Origin: Pseudolabrys sp.
GTDB taxonomy: Bacteria; Pseudomonadota; Alphaproteobacteria; Rhizobiales; Xanthobacteraceae
Assembly: GCA_036519515.1 (NCBI GenBank)
Contig: DATDLC010000138.1
Span: 3,636 to 67,635 of the forward strand
Length of the DNA stretch: 64,000 nucleotides
Direction of reading: 5' to 3'
Shown: positions 43,564 to 56,519 of the stretch, one piece after another
Position numbering within the stretch: the stretch's first letter is position 1
Layout: every line of letters begins with the position of its first letter
Program-made: the position numbers and the translations under genes
The notes under the pieces: generated by a model
What the model was told of the DNA's origin: nothing
Databases searched by the model: none
What the model saw: the letters and a program-made list of their open reading frames with translations, nothing else

Positions 43564-43671
43564 ATGATGATCGCGCGCTGGCAAACCGACGCGCACAAGA
43601 AATGGAGCAGGGACATGGAGCCGTACGTTGTGTCCGGCTCCGCGCGTTGGGAGATATACCGGGTCGTTTGA
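43564..43671 (+). pseudogene. 35-aa mini-ORF, probably an internally deleted partner gene
   Basis: MMIARWQTDAHKKWSRDMEPYVVSGSARWEIYRVV with an RBS. It looks like the joined N- and C-termini of a longer protein. Confidence 0.5.
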
Positions 43672-43737
43672 CGGCGCGCGTGATCATGAAGGCCGATCAC
43701 GATATGATCGTGTGTTTCGATCTATCGGAGACGCATC

Positions 43738-44541
43738 ATGATTACGAAGCTCCGACTTGTCGTCCTGCTGTCCGTCGTATTTTCAATCTGCTCAGGATCA
43801 TCAACGAAGGCACAGAGTGATCTCGCTCGCGCGTACCGTGTGATCGCATCCAAGCAATTCGTCGATCTCACTCAGAGTTTCGGGCCGGAAACGCCTGTGT
43901 GGTCGGGCTTTGGCCAGGCAAGGATGACGCCGGCAGCCGATCCGAAAACGCGTGAGCCTTACACGATCACCAAAGACGGCTTCCGCGCGACGTTCTACGA
44001 AATGGTCGGGCAATACGGCACGCACGTCGATCCCCCCGCCCATTTCGATGAGAAAGGGATCACCATGGACGAGATTCCGCTGAAGCAGATGATTTTGCCG
44101 CTGATTGTGCTCGATAATACGCCTTATCAAGTGAAGGACGAAAACCACGCTTTTTCGGTCGCTGATCTGCAACGGTGGGAGAAAAAGAACGGTCGCATCC
44201 CGCGCGGTGCTTTCGTCGCGCTACGCACCGACATGTACAAGGATTGGGACGGCAATCCGAACCGCTTCAAGCGTACGCCATTCCCTGCCTGGGCGTTTGA
44301 GACCATCAAATTTCTGTACGAACAACGCGGCGTCATTGCGACCGGTCACGAGGCAATGGATACCGACACAACCGACAAGATGGACTCCGAAACGTACCTT
44401 CTCCAGCACGGCCACTATCAGATTGAGATCATGGCCAATCTCGACAAAGTCCCTCTGAAAGGCGCTTTGATCGTTGTCACTTGGCCGAAGGTGCGCAAAG
44501 GGTTGGGGTTCCCGGCGCGGGCGTTCGCAATATTGCCGTGA
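43738..44541 (+). CDS. Cyclase family (kynurenine formamidase-like) metal hydrolase, exported
   Basis: GQYGTHVDPPAHF, LRTD and GLGFPARAFA motifs; signal peptide. Confidence 0.88.
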   Translation: MITKLRLVVLLSVVFSICSGSSTKAQSDLARAYRVIASKQFVDLTQSFGPETPVWSGFGQARMTPAADPKTREPYTITKDGFRATFYEMVGQYGTHVDPPAHFDEKGITMDEIPLKQMILPLIVLDNTPYQVKDENHAFSVADLQRWEKKNGRIPRGAFVALRTDMYKDWDGNPNRFKRTPFPAWAFETIKFLYEQRGVIATGHEAMDTDTTDKMDSETYLLQHGHYQIEIMANLDKVPLKGALIVVTWPKVRKGLGFPARAFAILP

Positions 44542-44631
44542 CGACCATCGGACACGCGACACGGGAACGATTTCGCGTAGCTTGCCGTTCTATCGTCGTC
44601 GCGAATGTTGTCCCCGAAAATCGGTGATTCC

Positions 44632-45963
44632 ATGCGGAAGTTTTTAAGTTTGCTCTTCGCCGGAGCGACAACGATCCTGCTCGCTGGTTGCGACGACAAT
44701 GCCAGACTCCCCGAACAAGCCTCGGTCGGCGCGAACCCGACGATCCCCCCGCCGACAAAATCCTACATCCCGACAGTCAAGATCGCACCCGCGCAGGGAT
44801 GGCCGGCAGATGGCAAGCCAACTCCGGCTGCAACCCTCGGCGTCAATGCCTTCGCCAAAGAGCTCGAACACCCGCGTTGGCTATTCGTGCTCCCGAATGG
44901 CGACGTGCTGGTAGCTGAAAGCAATGCGCCGGAGCGGCCCGAGGAAGCAAAGGGCATCAAGGGCTGGATCTACAAAACAGTTCAGAAATGGGCAGGCGCG
45001 GGCGTTCCCAGCGCCGATCGCATAACGCTTCTGCGCGACAAGGACGGCGACGGCGTTGCCGAGACGCGTAGCGTTTTCTTGAAAAATCTCCATTCGCCGT
45101 TTGGTATGGCTTTGACCGGCAGCGACCTCTACGTCGCCAACGCTGACGCCATTCTGCGATTCAAATATCAGGACGGCGCGACGGAAATCGCAGGCAGTGG
45201 AGATAAAGTCGTCGATCTGCCCGGTGGACCGATCAACCATCACTGGACCAAAAACATTGTCGCCAGCAAGGACGGCACGAAGCTCTATGCGACGGTCGGA
45301 TCCAATAGCAACGTTGCCGAGAATGGTCTCGAAGCCGAAAAAATGCGCGCCACTATTCTGGAAATCGACCTGAAAAGCGGGCAGTCGCGCATATTCGCAT
45401 CCGGGCTGCGCAATCCGAATGGCCTGGCATGGGAACCGCAAACCGGGCAGCTTTGGACGGTCGTCAACGAGCGTGACGAATTGGGCAGCGACCTCGTGCC
45501 AGACTATCTCACGTCGGTGAAAGAGGGCGCGTTTTATGGCTGGCCGTTCAGCTATTGGGGGCAGCATGTCGACGATCGCGTGCAGCCGCAAAATCCCGAG
45601 CTTGTCGCCAAAGCAATCACGCCCGACTACGCGCTCGGGAACCACGTCGCGCCGCTGGGTCTGACTTTTGCAGATGGCGCCAAGCTGGGAGACCAATTCG
45701 CGCACGGCGCGTTTATCGGCGAACACGGCTCGTGGAATCGAAGACCGCTAAGCGGCTACAAGGTCGTTTTCGTTGCGTTCAACGATGGGAAGCCAACCGG
45801 TTCGCCTATCGATGTCCTTGCCGGTTTTGTGAACGCCGAAGAGAAAGCGCTCGGTCGTCCGGTCGGAGTGAGCGTGGGGCGCGATGGTTCGCTCCTGGTT
45901 GCCGATGACGTCGGCAACACCGTTTGGCGCGTGACGCAGGCAGCACAGACGAGCACGCGCTGA
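44632..45963 (+). CDS. Sorbosone/PQQ-dependent sugar dehydrogenase family lipoprotein
   Basis: Lipobox LLAGC; GLRNPNG, VNERDELG, HGSWNR and GRPVGV motifs. Confidence 0.9.
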   Translation: MRKFLSLLFAGATTILLAGCDDNARLPEQASVGANPTIPPPTKSYIPTVKIAPAQGWPADGKPTPAATLGVNAFAKELEHPRWLFVLPNGDVLVAESNAPERPEEAKGIKGWIYKTVQKWAGAGVPSADRITLLRDKDGDGVAETRSVFLKNLHSPFGMALTGSDLYVANADAILRFKYQDGATEIAGSGDKVVDLPGGPINHHWTKNIVASKDGTKLYATVGSNSNVAENGLEAEKMRATILEIDLKSGQSRIFASGLRNPNGLAWEPQTGQLWTVVNERDELGSDLVPDYLTSVKEGAFYGWPFSYWGQHVDDRVQPQNPELVAKAITPDYALGNHVAPLGLTFADGAKLGDQFAHGAFIGEHGSWNRRPLSGYKVVFVAFNDGKPTGSPIDVLAGFVNAEEKALGRPVGVSVGRDGSLLVADDVGNTVWRVTQAAQTSTR

Positions 45964-45998
45964 AGGTTCCTGTCAGCGTCAATCCGCGCTAGGCTGCA

Positions 45999-48035
<2,037 letters not shown>

Positions 48036-48214
48036 CTTGTCAGCCGAACAGTTGAGATTAAAAGTCCACCGATCGCCGGATAACATATATTAAAATTAAC
48101 AAGCATCTCCCCCCGATCGCACGACGCGCGCCAAAGTTCCCACAGCATAATTTGACTGCCTGAGCTGCAATCCGAGCGGTCAAATTTGCATTTAAAACTG
48201 CGGGGACAATCACC

Positions 48215-49820
48215 ATGCAAACCAGGATTTCTGTTAACTCCAATATCTTCAAGGCTTCGAGATTTCTTGTTTTCGGAATCGCACTTGTCAGCTTGAGTAC
48301 CAGTGCACCGCAAACAGCGATGGCGCAGAGTGCGCCCGAGACCCTGAGCATGCCGGCGTTCGCGCCTGCCATGCTCGAGCACATGCGCAAGATGCGGCGG
48401 TACAAGGATCACGATCACAGCACACAACACACGCCGCATGTGATCGACCGCTTCAGAGTTGATGCAGATCCGAAAGGCGCGATCGCGTCATTCCAGCCTA
48501 GTGGCGCGACCTTCACCGCGACAACGCGAGCTTCAAGGATATGGGCACCAACGGCAGAACCTGCTTCACCTGCCATCAGCCGCAGAACGGTTGGGGCGTA
48601 AGCGCGAAGGATGTTGCCGAACGGTTCGAGAGGAGCGCGGGCACTGATCCGATCTTCCGACTGGTCGATGGTGCGACTTGTCCCAGCGACGACGTATCAA
48701 CGCTGCGCGCAAGAAAGCGCGCCTACAAGTTACTGACAGAGAAGGGCCTGATCCGCGTCGGCCTTGCTGTCCCCGCAACTGCGGAATTCGTCGTCACGGC
48801 GATCGATGACCCCTATCGTTGCAGCACCAACCCAGAAACCGGTTCCGGCATTCTGTCGATGTACCGGCGCCCGCTGCCGACGACTAATATCGGTTTTCTC
48901 AGCGCGGTTATGTGGGATGGCCGGGAGAATACCGGTAAGGGGCTGACTGCAGACCTCAAAAGCCAAGCGCGCGACGCCACACTCAGTCACGCGGAGGCTG
49001 CCGCGTCGCCCACAGATGCCCAATTGGACGAAATCGTTTCCTTTCAGCTTGGCATCTTCACGCGCAGATTTTCGACCACAAGGCGAAGTTCCTGACCAGC
49101 GACAATGCCAAAGGCGGACCGATTGCACTTTCGACGCAAGAGTTCTTTATCGGGATCAATGACCCGCTCGGACTCAATCCGAAAGGAACTCCAGTCACAG
49201 GTGCTCGATCTGTACCGGCCCTGGCTTAATGCCGGTCATCGCCACGACTACCGCGACCTCGGCGTGCCTGTGACCAATGCCGCGTAGATCTTCAAGACCG
49301 TCAACATCACCGACGACTGGCGCCACAGTGACCACGAGCGTGGCATGGTGAGCGAGCATCGTCGCTCGGTCGCGCGCGGCGAAGAGGTGTTCAACAACGC
49401 AAAGGTCAACATCACTGGCGTTGCCGGTCTCAACGATGACCTCAATGTTGCGACCATCCCGGGCTTTTGAAGGCGCCCCTCGACATCGGTGTTCCCGATG
49501 CCGGCGAAAGAGCTCCCCCTGTCCTCGATATTGCCGGTCTGCCGGTGTTCACGATCACCTGCATGCTCAACGAGGGCCCGCTCGCCGGAAAGGTTTATAA
49601 GGTTACCGATCCGGGACGCGCAATGATCACCGGCAAATGCAAGGATATCGGCCGGATCAAAGGACCAATCCTCCGCGGTCTCGAGGCGCGGGCACCTTAT
49701 TTCCACAACGGTTCGGCCGCGACTTTGCGGGACGTGGTCGATTTCTATGACCAGCGCTTCAATATCGGCCTCACCCGCAAAGAGAAGACGGATCTCGTCA
49801 ATTTCCTGAATACGCTCTGA
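48215..49820 (+). pseudogene. Exported di-haem cytochrome c peroxidase-like (bCcP/MauG superfamily) protein, degraded
   Basis: Signal peptide, CFTCH (48562-48576), MWDGRE, RGEEVF, DPGRA and APYFHNGSAATL. It has several frameshifts, a TAG at about 49286 and no second CxxCH. Confidence 0.8.
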
Positions 49821-49842
49821 CGAAGTCCGTCACGTGCAAAGA

Positions 49843-49871
49843 AAATGGCCGGGCAAAAAGCCCGGCCATTT
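49843..49871 (-). terminator. Intrinsic terminator downstream of rho
   Basis: Perfect stem AAATGGCCGGGC-AAAAA-GCCCGGCCATTT with a T-rich tail on the minus strand. Confidence 0.85.
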
Positions 49872-49891
49872 AGATTCTCGACGCCAAATCG

Positions 49892-51157
49892 TCAGGTATT
49901 CATCGATTCGAAGAATTCGGCGTTGCTCTTCGTGTTGCGCAGCTTGTCCAGCAGGAAGTCGATGGCGTCCATTGTACCCATTGGATTGAGAATGCGGCGC
50001 AGGACATACATTTTCTTGAGGATACCCGGATCGGTAAGCAGCTCCTCTTTGCGCGTGCCGGAGCGCGTGATGTCGATCGCCGGGAAGGTTCGCTTGTCGG
50101 CCACCTTGCGGTCGAGGATCAGTTCGGAGTTACCGGTGCCCTTGAACTCTTCGAAAATCACTTCGTCCATGCGGCTGCCGGTATCGATCAACGCAGTGGC
50201 GATGATTGTGAGCGAGCCGCCTTCTTCGATATTGCGTGCCGCCCCGAAGAAGCGCTTCGGGCGCTGCAATGCGTTTGCGTCCACGCCACCAGTCAACACT
50301 TTGCCGGAGGAAGGGACGACCGTGTTGTAAGCGCGGCCGAGACGCGTGATCGAGTCAAGCAGAATGACCACGTCGCGCTGATGTTCAACAAGCCTCTTGG
50401 CCTTCTCGATCACCATCTCCGCGACCTGAACGTGACGCGAAGCCGGTTCGTCGAACGTCGACGAGATTACCTCACCCTTCACCGAACGCTGCATGTCGGT
50501 GACTTCCTCCGGCCGCTCATCGATCAGCAGCACGATCAGGTAAGTCTCCGGATGATTAGCGGTGATTGAGTGCGCGATATTCTGCAGCAATACGGTCTTG
50601 CCCGTGCGCGGCGGCGAAACGATCAACGCGCGCTGTCCTTTGCCGATCGGCGCGACGATGTCGATGACGCGCGCCGAGAGATCCTTCTTGGTCGGATCCT
50701 CGTATTCCATCTTGAGCCGCTCGTCGGGATAGAGCGGTGTCAGGTTGTCGAAATTGACCTTGTGCCGCGCCTTCTCAGGATCCTCGAAATTGATCGTATT
50801 GACCTTGAGCAGCGCGAAATAGCGCTCACCCTCTTTCGGAGAACGAATGTGTCCTTCGACCGTGTCGCCGGTGCGCAGACCGAAGCGGCGAATCTGACTC
50901 GGAGAGACATATATGTCGTCAGGTCCGGAGAGATAGTTTGATTCCGGCGAACGCAAAAACCCGAAACCGTCGGATAAAACCTCGACCACACCTTCGCCGA
51001 TGATATCGACTTCCTGCGTGGCGAGTTGCTTCAGAATTGCAAACATCAGCTCCTGCTTTCGCATGGTGCTGGCGTTTTCGACCTGGTGCTCTTCAGCGAA
51101 TGCGACGAGTTCGGCAGGTGTCTTGGACTTAAGGTCCTGGAGTTTCATTTCCCGCAT
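49892..51157 (-). CDS. rho: Transcription termination factor Rho
   Basis: [23 protein letters not shown] and FKGTGN motifs. Confidence 0.98.
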   Translation of the reverse strand: MREMKLQDLKSKTPAELVAFAEEHQVENASTMRKQELMFAILKQLATQEVDIIGEGVVEVLSDGFGFLRSPESNYLSGPDDIYVSPSQIRRFGLRTGDTVEGHIRSPKEGERYFALLKVNTINFEDPEKARHKVNFDNLTPLYPDERLKMEYEDPTKKDLSARVIDIVAPIGKGQRALIVSPPRTGKTVLLQNIAHSITANHPETYLIVLLIDERPEEVTDMQRSVKGEVISSTFDEPASRHVQVAEMVIEKAKRLVEHQRDVVILLDSITRLGRAYNTVVPSSGKVLTGGVDANALQRPKRFFGAARNIEEGGSLTIIATALIDTGSRMDEVIFEEFKGTGNSELILDRKVADKRTFPAIDITRSGTRKEELLTDPGILKKMYVLRRILNPMGTMDAIDFLLDKLRNTKSNAEFFESMNT

Positions 51158-51419
51158 TGGGGGTTTACGTCCTTGGGATCGTTACGGCGGAGTTTTTGAA
51201 AAATGAAAGACTTGCGCCGTGTGACTTAGGAGAGAGATCGCAGGTCTTGGGTGACGAGAAAGCTGGGAAGGATCCCGGAACCCGATGCTACGACCGGCCC
51301 AAACACGGGTGCCGGAACGCGACTGCATCCGCCTGCGTTCGGTGGGATATTCCCAACATAGGTTGAGCCGGCCTCGCACGCAAGAGGTTGGAGCGCACTG
51401 TGTGTGTTTGTTGCGATGG

Positions 51420-51842
51420 CTAAAACGGCTTTACGACCACCAGCACCACGATCACAATCAAAAATGCTGTCGGTACCTCATTGATAATACGATAGAATTT
51501 GTCGGAATGCTTGTTTCGGTCAAATCTGAATTCGTTTACCCAATGCGCAAATAATCCGTGCAGGATGGTCATAACGACGACTGCAACAAATTTGACATGA
51601 AACCAGCCGGCATTGAGCCACTGGCCTTGCAGCAGCAAGACAATACCGACAATCCAAGTGACCATCATCGCCGGCATCATGATGAAGTTGAGCAACCGCC
51701 GCTCCATCGTCTTCAAAGTTTCGGACAGTTCGGACCCCGGCCGGGCCGCCGAGTGATAAACGAACAGTCGAGGCAAATAGAGCATGCCGGCCATCCATGC
51801 GATGACAGCGACGATATGCAGGGCTTTGAGCCACAGATACAT
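51420..51842 (-). CDS. hemJ: Protoporphyrinogen oxidase HemJ
   Basis: KALHIVAVIAWMAGMLYLPRLFVYH and NEVPT motifs. Confidence 0.95.
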   Translation of the reverse strand: MYLWLKALHIVAVIAWMAGMLYLPRLFVYHSAARPGSELSETLKTMERRLLNFIMMPAMMVTWIVGIVLLLQGQWLNAGWFHVKFVAVVVMTILHGLFAHWVNEFRFDRNKHSDKFYRIINEVPTAFLIVIVVLVVVKPF

Positions 51843-51847
51843 GAAGG

Positions 51848-52897
51848 TTATCCACGAACGCGCTTGAGCATGCGCTCAACGTTTGCAATCGGGGTTGCCG
51901 GAAGAATCCCGTGGCCGAGATTGAAAATCAGCGGTCCGCTGCCAAGTTCTTTCATGACGTCATCCACCTCCCGGTCGAGCGCCGGGCCTCCGGCGAGCAA
52001 AGCCAGCGGGTCGACGTTTCCCTGAACAGGCACACGCCGCTGCAGCGATTCACGCGCAATCATGCGGGGGAATGTCCAATCGACACCGATTGCGCTCACT
52101 CCGGTCATTTCGACATAGGGCAGCGCCATTGCGGTTGCACCGCGTGGAAACCCTATGATTTTTGCACCCGGTATCTCTTTTCGTACTCCCTCGACAATTT
52201 TTTGCATTGGCAAGATACACCAGCGATCGAATTGCTCGGGTGGGAGCACACCAGCCCATGTATCGAAGACCTGCACAACCTCTACGCCAGCCCTGAACTG
52301 ACCGATCAGATATGCGATTGAGGCTTTCACCAGGCGATCGATCAATCGCTGGAAATTTTCAGCATCGTAGTATGCAAATCGCCTGGCCGGTGCCTGATCG
52401 GATGTACCTTCTCCCGCAACCATATAGGTCGCAACGGTCCATGGAGCACCGCAAAATCCTATCAAGGCGGTTTTACTGCCGAGCATCCCTCTGACCAAGC
52501 GCACTGTTTCATAAACCGGGCCTACCACTCTCTCATCAAGGTTGTCGCGCAGAGCCGCAAGCCCAGCAGCATCAGCAAGCGGTTCAAGCTTTGGCCCTTC
52601 GCCAGTGAGGAATTCAACCTTGCGCCCAAGCGCAAGCGGGACAATCAGAATGTCGGAAAACAGAATCGCGGCGTCGAAGCCAAAACGCCGTATTGGCTGT
52701 AGCGTCACCTCGGCAGCTAATTCCGGATTAAGACAAAGATCGAGAAACCCGCCTGCTTTTTCGCGCACTGCGCGGTATTCCGGCAGATATCGTCCTGCCT
52801 GTCGCATCAACCAAACTGGCGGAATAGCTTCATGCTTGCCAGCAAGCACGCGCAACAGCTTTTTCCCCACGGCACCTGCCGATCCGGCTTCTTGCAT
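51848..52897 (-). CDS. hemE: Uroporphyrinogen decarboxylase
   Basis: [18 protein letters not shown] and NLGHGI motifs. Confidence 0.97.
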   Translation of the reverse strand: MQEAGSAGAVGKKLLRVLAGKHEAIPPVWLMRQAGRYLPEYRAVREKAGGFLDLCLNPELAAEVTLQPIRRFGFDAAILFSDILIVPLALGRKVEFLTGEGPKLEPLADAAGLAALRDNLDERVVGPVYETVRLVRGMLGSKTALIGFCGAPWTVATYMVAGEGTSDQAPARRFAYYDAENFQRLIDRLVKASIAYLIGQFRAGVEVVQVFDTWAGVLPPEQFDRWCILPMQKIVEGVRKEIPGAKIIGFPRGATAMALPYVEMTGVSAIGVDWTFPRMIARESLQRRVPVQGNVDPLALLAGGPALDREVDDVMKELGSGPLIFNLGHGILPATPIANVERMLKRVRG

Positions 52898-53249
52898 TAA
52901 AAACTCTTCTAAGAATCTGTTGTGATTGTTAGAGCGTTGATTGGACTCATGCCTGCCAGTCAACATTCTGTCCACTGGATGGAAGGCCTCTATCCAGAAT
53001 CGGGCTTAATCAGGTGCGAAACCCTTCCACACGATTGATGCCTGTTTTGCTGGGGTTTTAGGCAACTGTCCCCGTTCTTCCCCAGATGGGTATGCACAAT
53101 AGTGCGACATGAACTGGACCTATGTTGGCGTCCGTCCCATTGGCATCGATGTGGATGGATATTGGACTTCAAACCGATGTCGTGTTGCCTGTAAGGTCGA
53201 GCCGTGGCCTCTTCCCCTAATATCCACACGCCATCCGACCGTTATACAG
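52898..53249. other. Putative chromosomal replication origin oriC
   Basis: Intergenic region between hemE and the divergent kinase/pyrophosphorylase gene, the known oriC position in Caulobacter and rhizobia. It has an AT-rich hemE-proximal part and degenerate DnaA boxes (CTGTCCACT 52968, CTATCCAGA 52990, GTATGCACA 53090, TGTGGATGG 53150, ATATCCACA 53220), with parS/parAB nearby. Confidence 0.8.
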
Positions 53250-54083
53250 ATGCCTGAGACCGGTTATTTCCATCTTCACCTGGTATCCGACGCCACAGGT
53301 GAGACCTTGATTACGGTCGCACGTGCCGCTGCGGCCCAATACGCCAATGTGTCGCCTGTCGAGCACCTTTATCCAATGGTCCGTTCGAAAAAGCAGCTCG
53401 ATAATGCGCTGGCGGAAATCACCGAGTCACCGGGTTTGGTTCTGTACACCTTGCTTGAAGAAGACCTGATTCAGCTGCTCGAGAAAAAATGTCGTGAGCT
53501 CGGATTGCCCTGCATGTCGGTGTTGGGACCGGTATTGCGGCTGTTCCAATCTTACCTTGGGACTGAAACCATCCACCGCGCCGGCGCCCAACATGTCCTG
53601 AATGCAGAATATTTTCAGCGCATCGACGCGCTCAATTTCACCATGCTGCACGACGACGGCCAACATGTTGAAGGTCTTGAAGACGCCGATGTCGTTCTAG
53701 TCGGCGTATCGCGAACTTCAAAAACACCTACCTCGATCTATCTCGCCAATCGCGGGGTCAAGACCGGTAATGTACCGCTGGTGCCGAGCGTGCCATTGGC
53801 GCCCGCGGTGGAAAAACTGACCCGGCCGCTTGTGGTCGGGCTTTATGCGAGCCCTGAGCGAATCGTGCAGATCCGCGAAAATCGATTGCTTGGACTGAAA
53901 GCGCATCGTGACGACGATCAATATATCGACAAGACTGCGGTCGCCGAGGAGGTTTCGTTTTCGCGCCGGCTTTGCGCCAAGCAGAGTTGGCCGACGATCG
54001 ATGTGACCCGACGCTCGATCGAGGAAACAGCGGCAGCGGTCATGCGGCTTTTGAGCGAGCGACGCCGGCATCCTGTGGCGTGA
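53250..54083 (+). CDS. Pyruvate, phosphate/water dikinase regulatory protein (kinase/pyrophosphorylase, DUF299)
   Basis: [26 protein letters not shown] and SIEETAA motifs. Confidence 0.93.
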   Translation: MPETGYFHLHLVSDATGETLITVARAAAAQYANVSPVEHLYPMVRSKKQLDNALAEITESPGLVLYTLLEEDLIQLLEKKCRELGLPCMSVLGPVLRLFQSYLGTETIHRAGAQHVLNAEYFQRIDALNFTMLHDDGQHVEGLEDADVVLVGVSRTSKTPTSIYLANRGVKTGNVPLVPSVPLAPAVEKLTRPLVVGLYASPERIVQIRENRLLGLKAHRDDDQYIDKTAVAEEVSFSRRLCAKQSWPTIDVTRRSIEETAAAVMRLLSERRRHPVA

Positions 54084-54086
54084 TCC

Positions 54087-54695
54087 ATGGCTCTTTGGCT
54101 TTCTCCTCAACCGCTGGTACTCGCATCCAGGAGCGATATTCGCGGAAAGATTCTGGCAGCCGCTGGTTTGCGGTTCGACATCAGGCCATCACAAATTGAT
54201 GAGCGGGCGGTAGAGGCTGAATCCGGCCTGGTCGATGCCATTGGCGTGGCTCGTCATTTGGCACACGCCAAGGCCGCGGCCGTGGCAGCCACGTTGCCGG
54301 GACGTCTGATACTGGGGGCCGATCAAACGCTGGCGAGCGGCGCAAAGCGCCTGGGGAAACCTGCCAATCGGGCCGAGGCCGCCGAGCAATTGCGGATATT
54401 GCGTGGGCAAACGCACGAACTTCACTCGGCGCTTGCTCTGGTACGGGACGACGAAACGATTTTTTCTTCCCTTGATACCGCGAGGCTCATCATGCGCGAC
54501 TTTTCTGATCGTTTCCTGAATGATTATCTCGACCTTGCTGGAGACACGGCAATGAGCAGCGTCGGCGGCTATCAGGTCGAAGGCATCGGCATCCACTTGT
54601 TCGAACGGGTCGAGGGGGACTATTTCACGATTCTCGGCCTACCACTTTTGCCGCTGTTGGCCTTCCTCAGGCAAAACAAGCTCGTCAATGGCTAG
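54087..54695 (+). CDS. maf: Maf family nucleotide pyrophosphatase
   Basis: LVLAS, GADQ and GDYFTILGLPL motifs. Confidence 0.92.
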   Translation: MALWLSPQPLVLASRSDIRGKILAAAGLRFDIRPSQIDERAVEAESGLVDAIGVARHLAHAKAAAVAATLPGRLILGADQTLASGAKRLGKPANRAEAAEQLRILRGQTHELHSALALVRDDETIFSSLDTARLIMRDFSDRFLNDYLDLAGDTAMSSVGGYQVEGIGIHLFERVEGDYFTILGLPLLPLLAFLRQNKLVNG

Positions 54696-54698
54696 CCC

Positions 54699-55298
54699 AT
54701 GTTTGTACTGGGTCTGACAGGTTCCGTTGGGATGGGGAAATCCACCACGGCGAAGTTCTTCGCCGAGGAGGGCGCGCCGCTCCACGATGCGGATGCCGTC
54801 GTCCACCGACTCTATGATGGCGCCGCAACGCCGTTGATTGAGGCAGCATTCCCGCACACGACGGCCGGCGGCAAGGTTGACCGCGACAAGCTTGCCAAAA
54901 GAGTACTCGGCGATGCAGCTGCGATCGAAAAGCTCGAAACTATCGTTCATCCCCTGGTTCGTCGCGCCGAAGAGCTTTTTCTGGCTGAAGCCGCTCGGAA
55001 AGGCGCGCCAGTGGTGGTGCTCGACATTCCGCTTCTGTTCGAAACTGGCGCCGACAAACGGTGCGACGCAGTGGTCGTCGTCTCCGCGCCGGCAGACATG
55101 CAGCGCGCCCGCGTATTTGAGCGTTCCGGGATGACCGAAGAGAAGTTTAACGCGATTCTCGTCAAACAAATGCCCGACGCCGAGAAACGCGCACGCGCCG
55201 ATTTCGTGGTGGATACGTCAAAGGGTTTTGAAGCCGCACGCGCTCAAGTGCGTGAAATTCTTGCGCGTGTTGCTACAATACCGAAAAGGTACAAGTGA
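54699..55298 (+). CDS. coaE: Dephospho-CoA kinase
   Basis: [12 protein letters not shown] and DIPLLFE motifs. Confidence 0.96.
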   Translation: MFVLGLTGSVGMGKSTTAKFFAEEGAPLHDADAVVHRLYDGAATPLIEAAFPHTTAGGKVDRDKLAKRVLGDAAAIEKLETIVHPLVRRAEELFLAEAARKGAPVVVLDIPLLFETGADKRCDAVVVVSAPADMQRARVFERSGMTEEKFNAILVKQMPDAEKRARADFVVDTSKGFEAARAQVREILARVATIPKRYK

Positions 55299-55318
55299 TT
55301 CTCTGAAGCGGGCTACTT

Positions 55319-56020
55319 ATGCGCGAAATCGTTCTCGACGTCGAAACAACGGGCCTTGATCCCAGTCAAGATCATCGCATAGTCGAACTCGGCTGTGTGG
55401 AGCTGCTGAACCGAATCCCGACAGGTTCTACCTTTCACGTCTATCTCAATCCCGACCGCGATATGCCGGCTGAAGCTTTCGCGGTCCACGGACTTTCAAC
55501 CGAATTTTTGAAACAGCACAAACGCTTCATCGAAATTGCGGATGAGTTTCTGGTGTTCATCGGTGACGCGCCACTGGTGATCCACAATGCTAGCTTCGAT
55601 CATGGCTTTCTCTGCGCCGAACTTAAGAGAGCCGAGCGCATGTTGATCGCCCGCGAGCGGCTCGTCGACACGCTGCTGTTGGCGCGTCGCAAGCATCCCG
55701 CCGGGCCAAACAAGCTCGATGATCTCTGCGCGAGATATGGAATCGACAGTTCGCGCCGTACCAAACACGGCGCGCTGCTTGACGCCGAAATTCTGGCCGA
55801 GGTTTATGTCGAGTTGATTGGCGCGCGCCAGGCACAGCTAGGCTTGGCTGAAGGCGGAACCCGCCGCGCTGATGGGGCTGAAGGTTTTATTGTCATTCGC
55901 GAGAGGCCCGAGCCACTTGCGGTGCGGCTGAGCGAAATGGACATTGCGGCGCACGGTGAATTTGTGGTGAGCCTCGGCGAGAATGCGCTGTGGCGAGACT
56001 ATCGCCCGAATGTGGACTGA
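55319..56020 (+). CDS. dnaQ: DNA polymerase III subunit epsilon
   Basis: DVETTG, HNASFD and HGALLDA motifs. Confidence 0.96.
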   Translation: MREIVLDVETTGLDPSQDHRIVELGCVELLNRIPTGSTFHVYLNPDRDMPAEAFAVHGLSTEFLKQHKRFIEIADEFLVFIGDAPLVIHNASFDHGFLCAELKRAERMLIARERLVDTLLLARRKHPAGPNKLDDLCARYGIDSSRRTKHGALLDAEILAEVYVELIGARQAQLGLAEGGTRRADGAEGFIVIRERPEPLAVRLSEMDIAAHGEFVVSLGENALWRDYRPNVD

Positions 56021-56024
56021 CCGC

Positions 56025-56519
56025 TCAACTAGGCACGGCGGGAGCCGCTGCCTGAGCCTGCGCCATTTTTTGGCGATAGAGGCTGACGAAATCCACCGGA
56101 TCAAGCAGAAGCGGGGGAAAGCCGCCATTGCGCACGGCGGTCGCTATAATCTCTCGGGCAAATGGAAACAGGAGTCGCGGGCATTCGATCAGCACGACAG
56201 GATTCAGACTCTCTTGCGGAACATTGCGGATGCGGAATACGCCCGCAAACTCCAAGTCGAAGCGGAATAGTAAGGCGCCACCCGTTTCGGCTTTACCCTC
56301 AAGCTTTATCGAAACTTCAATATCGGTATCAGAGATCGGATTTGCGCCGACGTTGATCTGAATACCGATTTGCGGATGCTCCTGACGCGACGTGAGCGAC
56401 TGCGGTGCGTTCGGATTCTCGAAGGAAAAGTCTTTGATATATTGTGACACCACGGTGAGCTGCGGCTGCGCGTCCTGCGCCGCCGCTTGAGCCGGACCGC
56501 CATTCGTCGTCGTCGTCAT
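56025..56519 (-). CDS. secB: Protein-export chaperone SecB
   Basis: [22 protein letters not shown] and GGFPPL motifs. Confidence 0.96.
   Translation of the reverse strand: MTTTTNGGPAQAAAQDAQPQLTVVSQYIKDFSFENPNAPQSLTSRQEHPQIGIQINVGANPISDTDIEVSIKLEGKAETGGALLFRFDLEFAGVFRIRNVPQESLNPVVLIECPRLLFPFAREIIATAVRNGGFPPLLLDPVDFVSLYRQKMAQAQAAAPAVPS

Noticed and set aside
53109-53249. Extended N-terminus of the kinase/pyrophosphorylase ORF, and similar extensions of hemE, hslU, hslV, smr and the MBL gene
   Set aside because: These are longest-ORF artefacts; conserved sequence and RBSs point to downstream starts.
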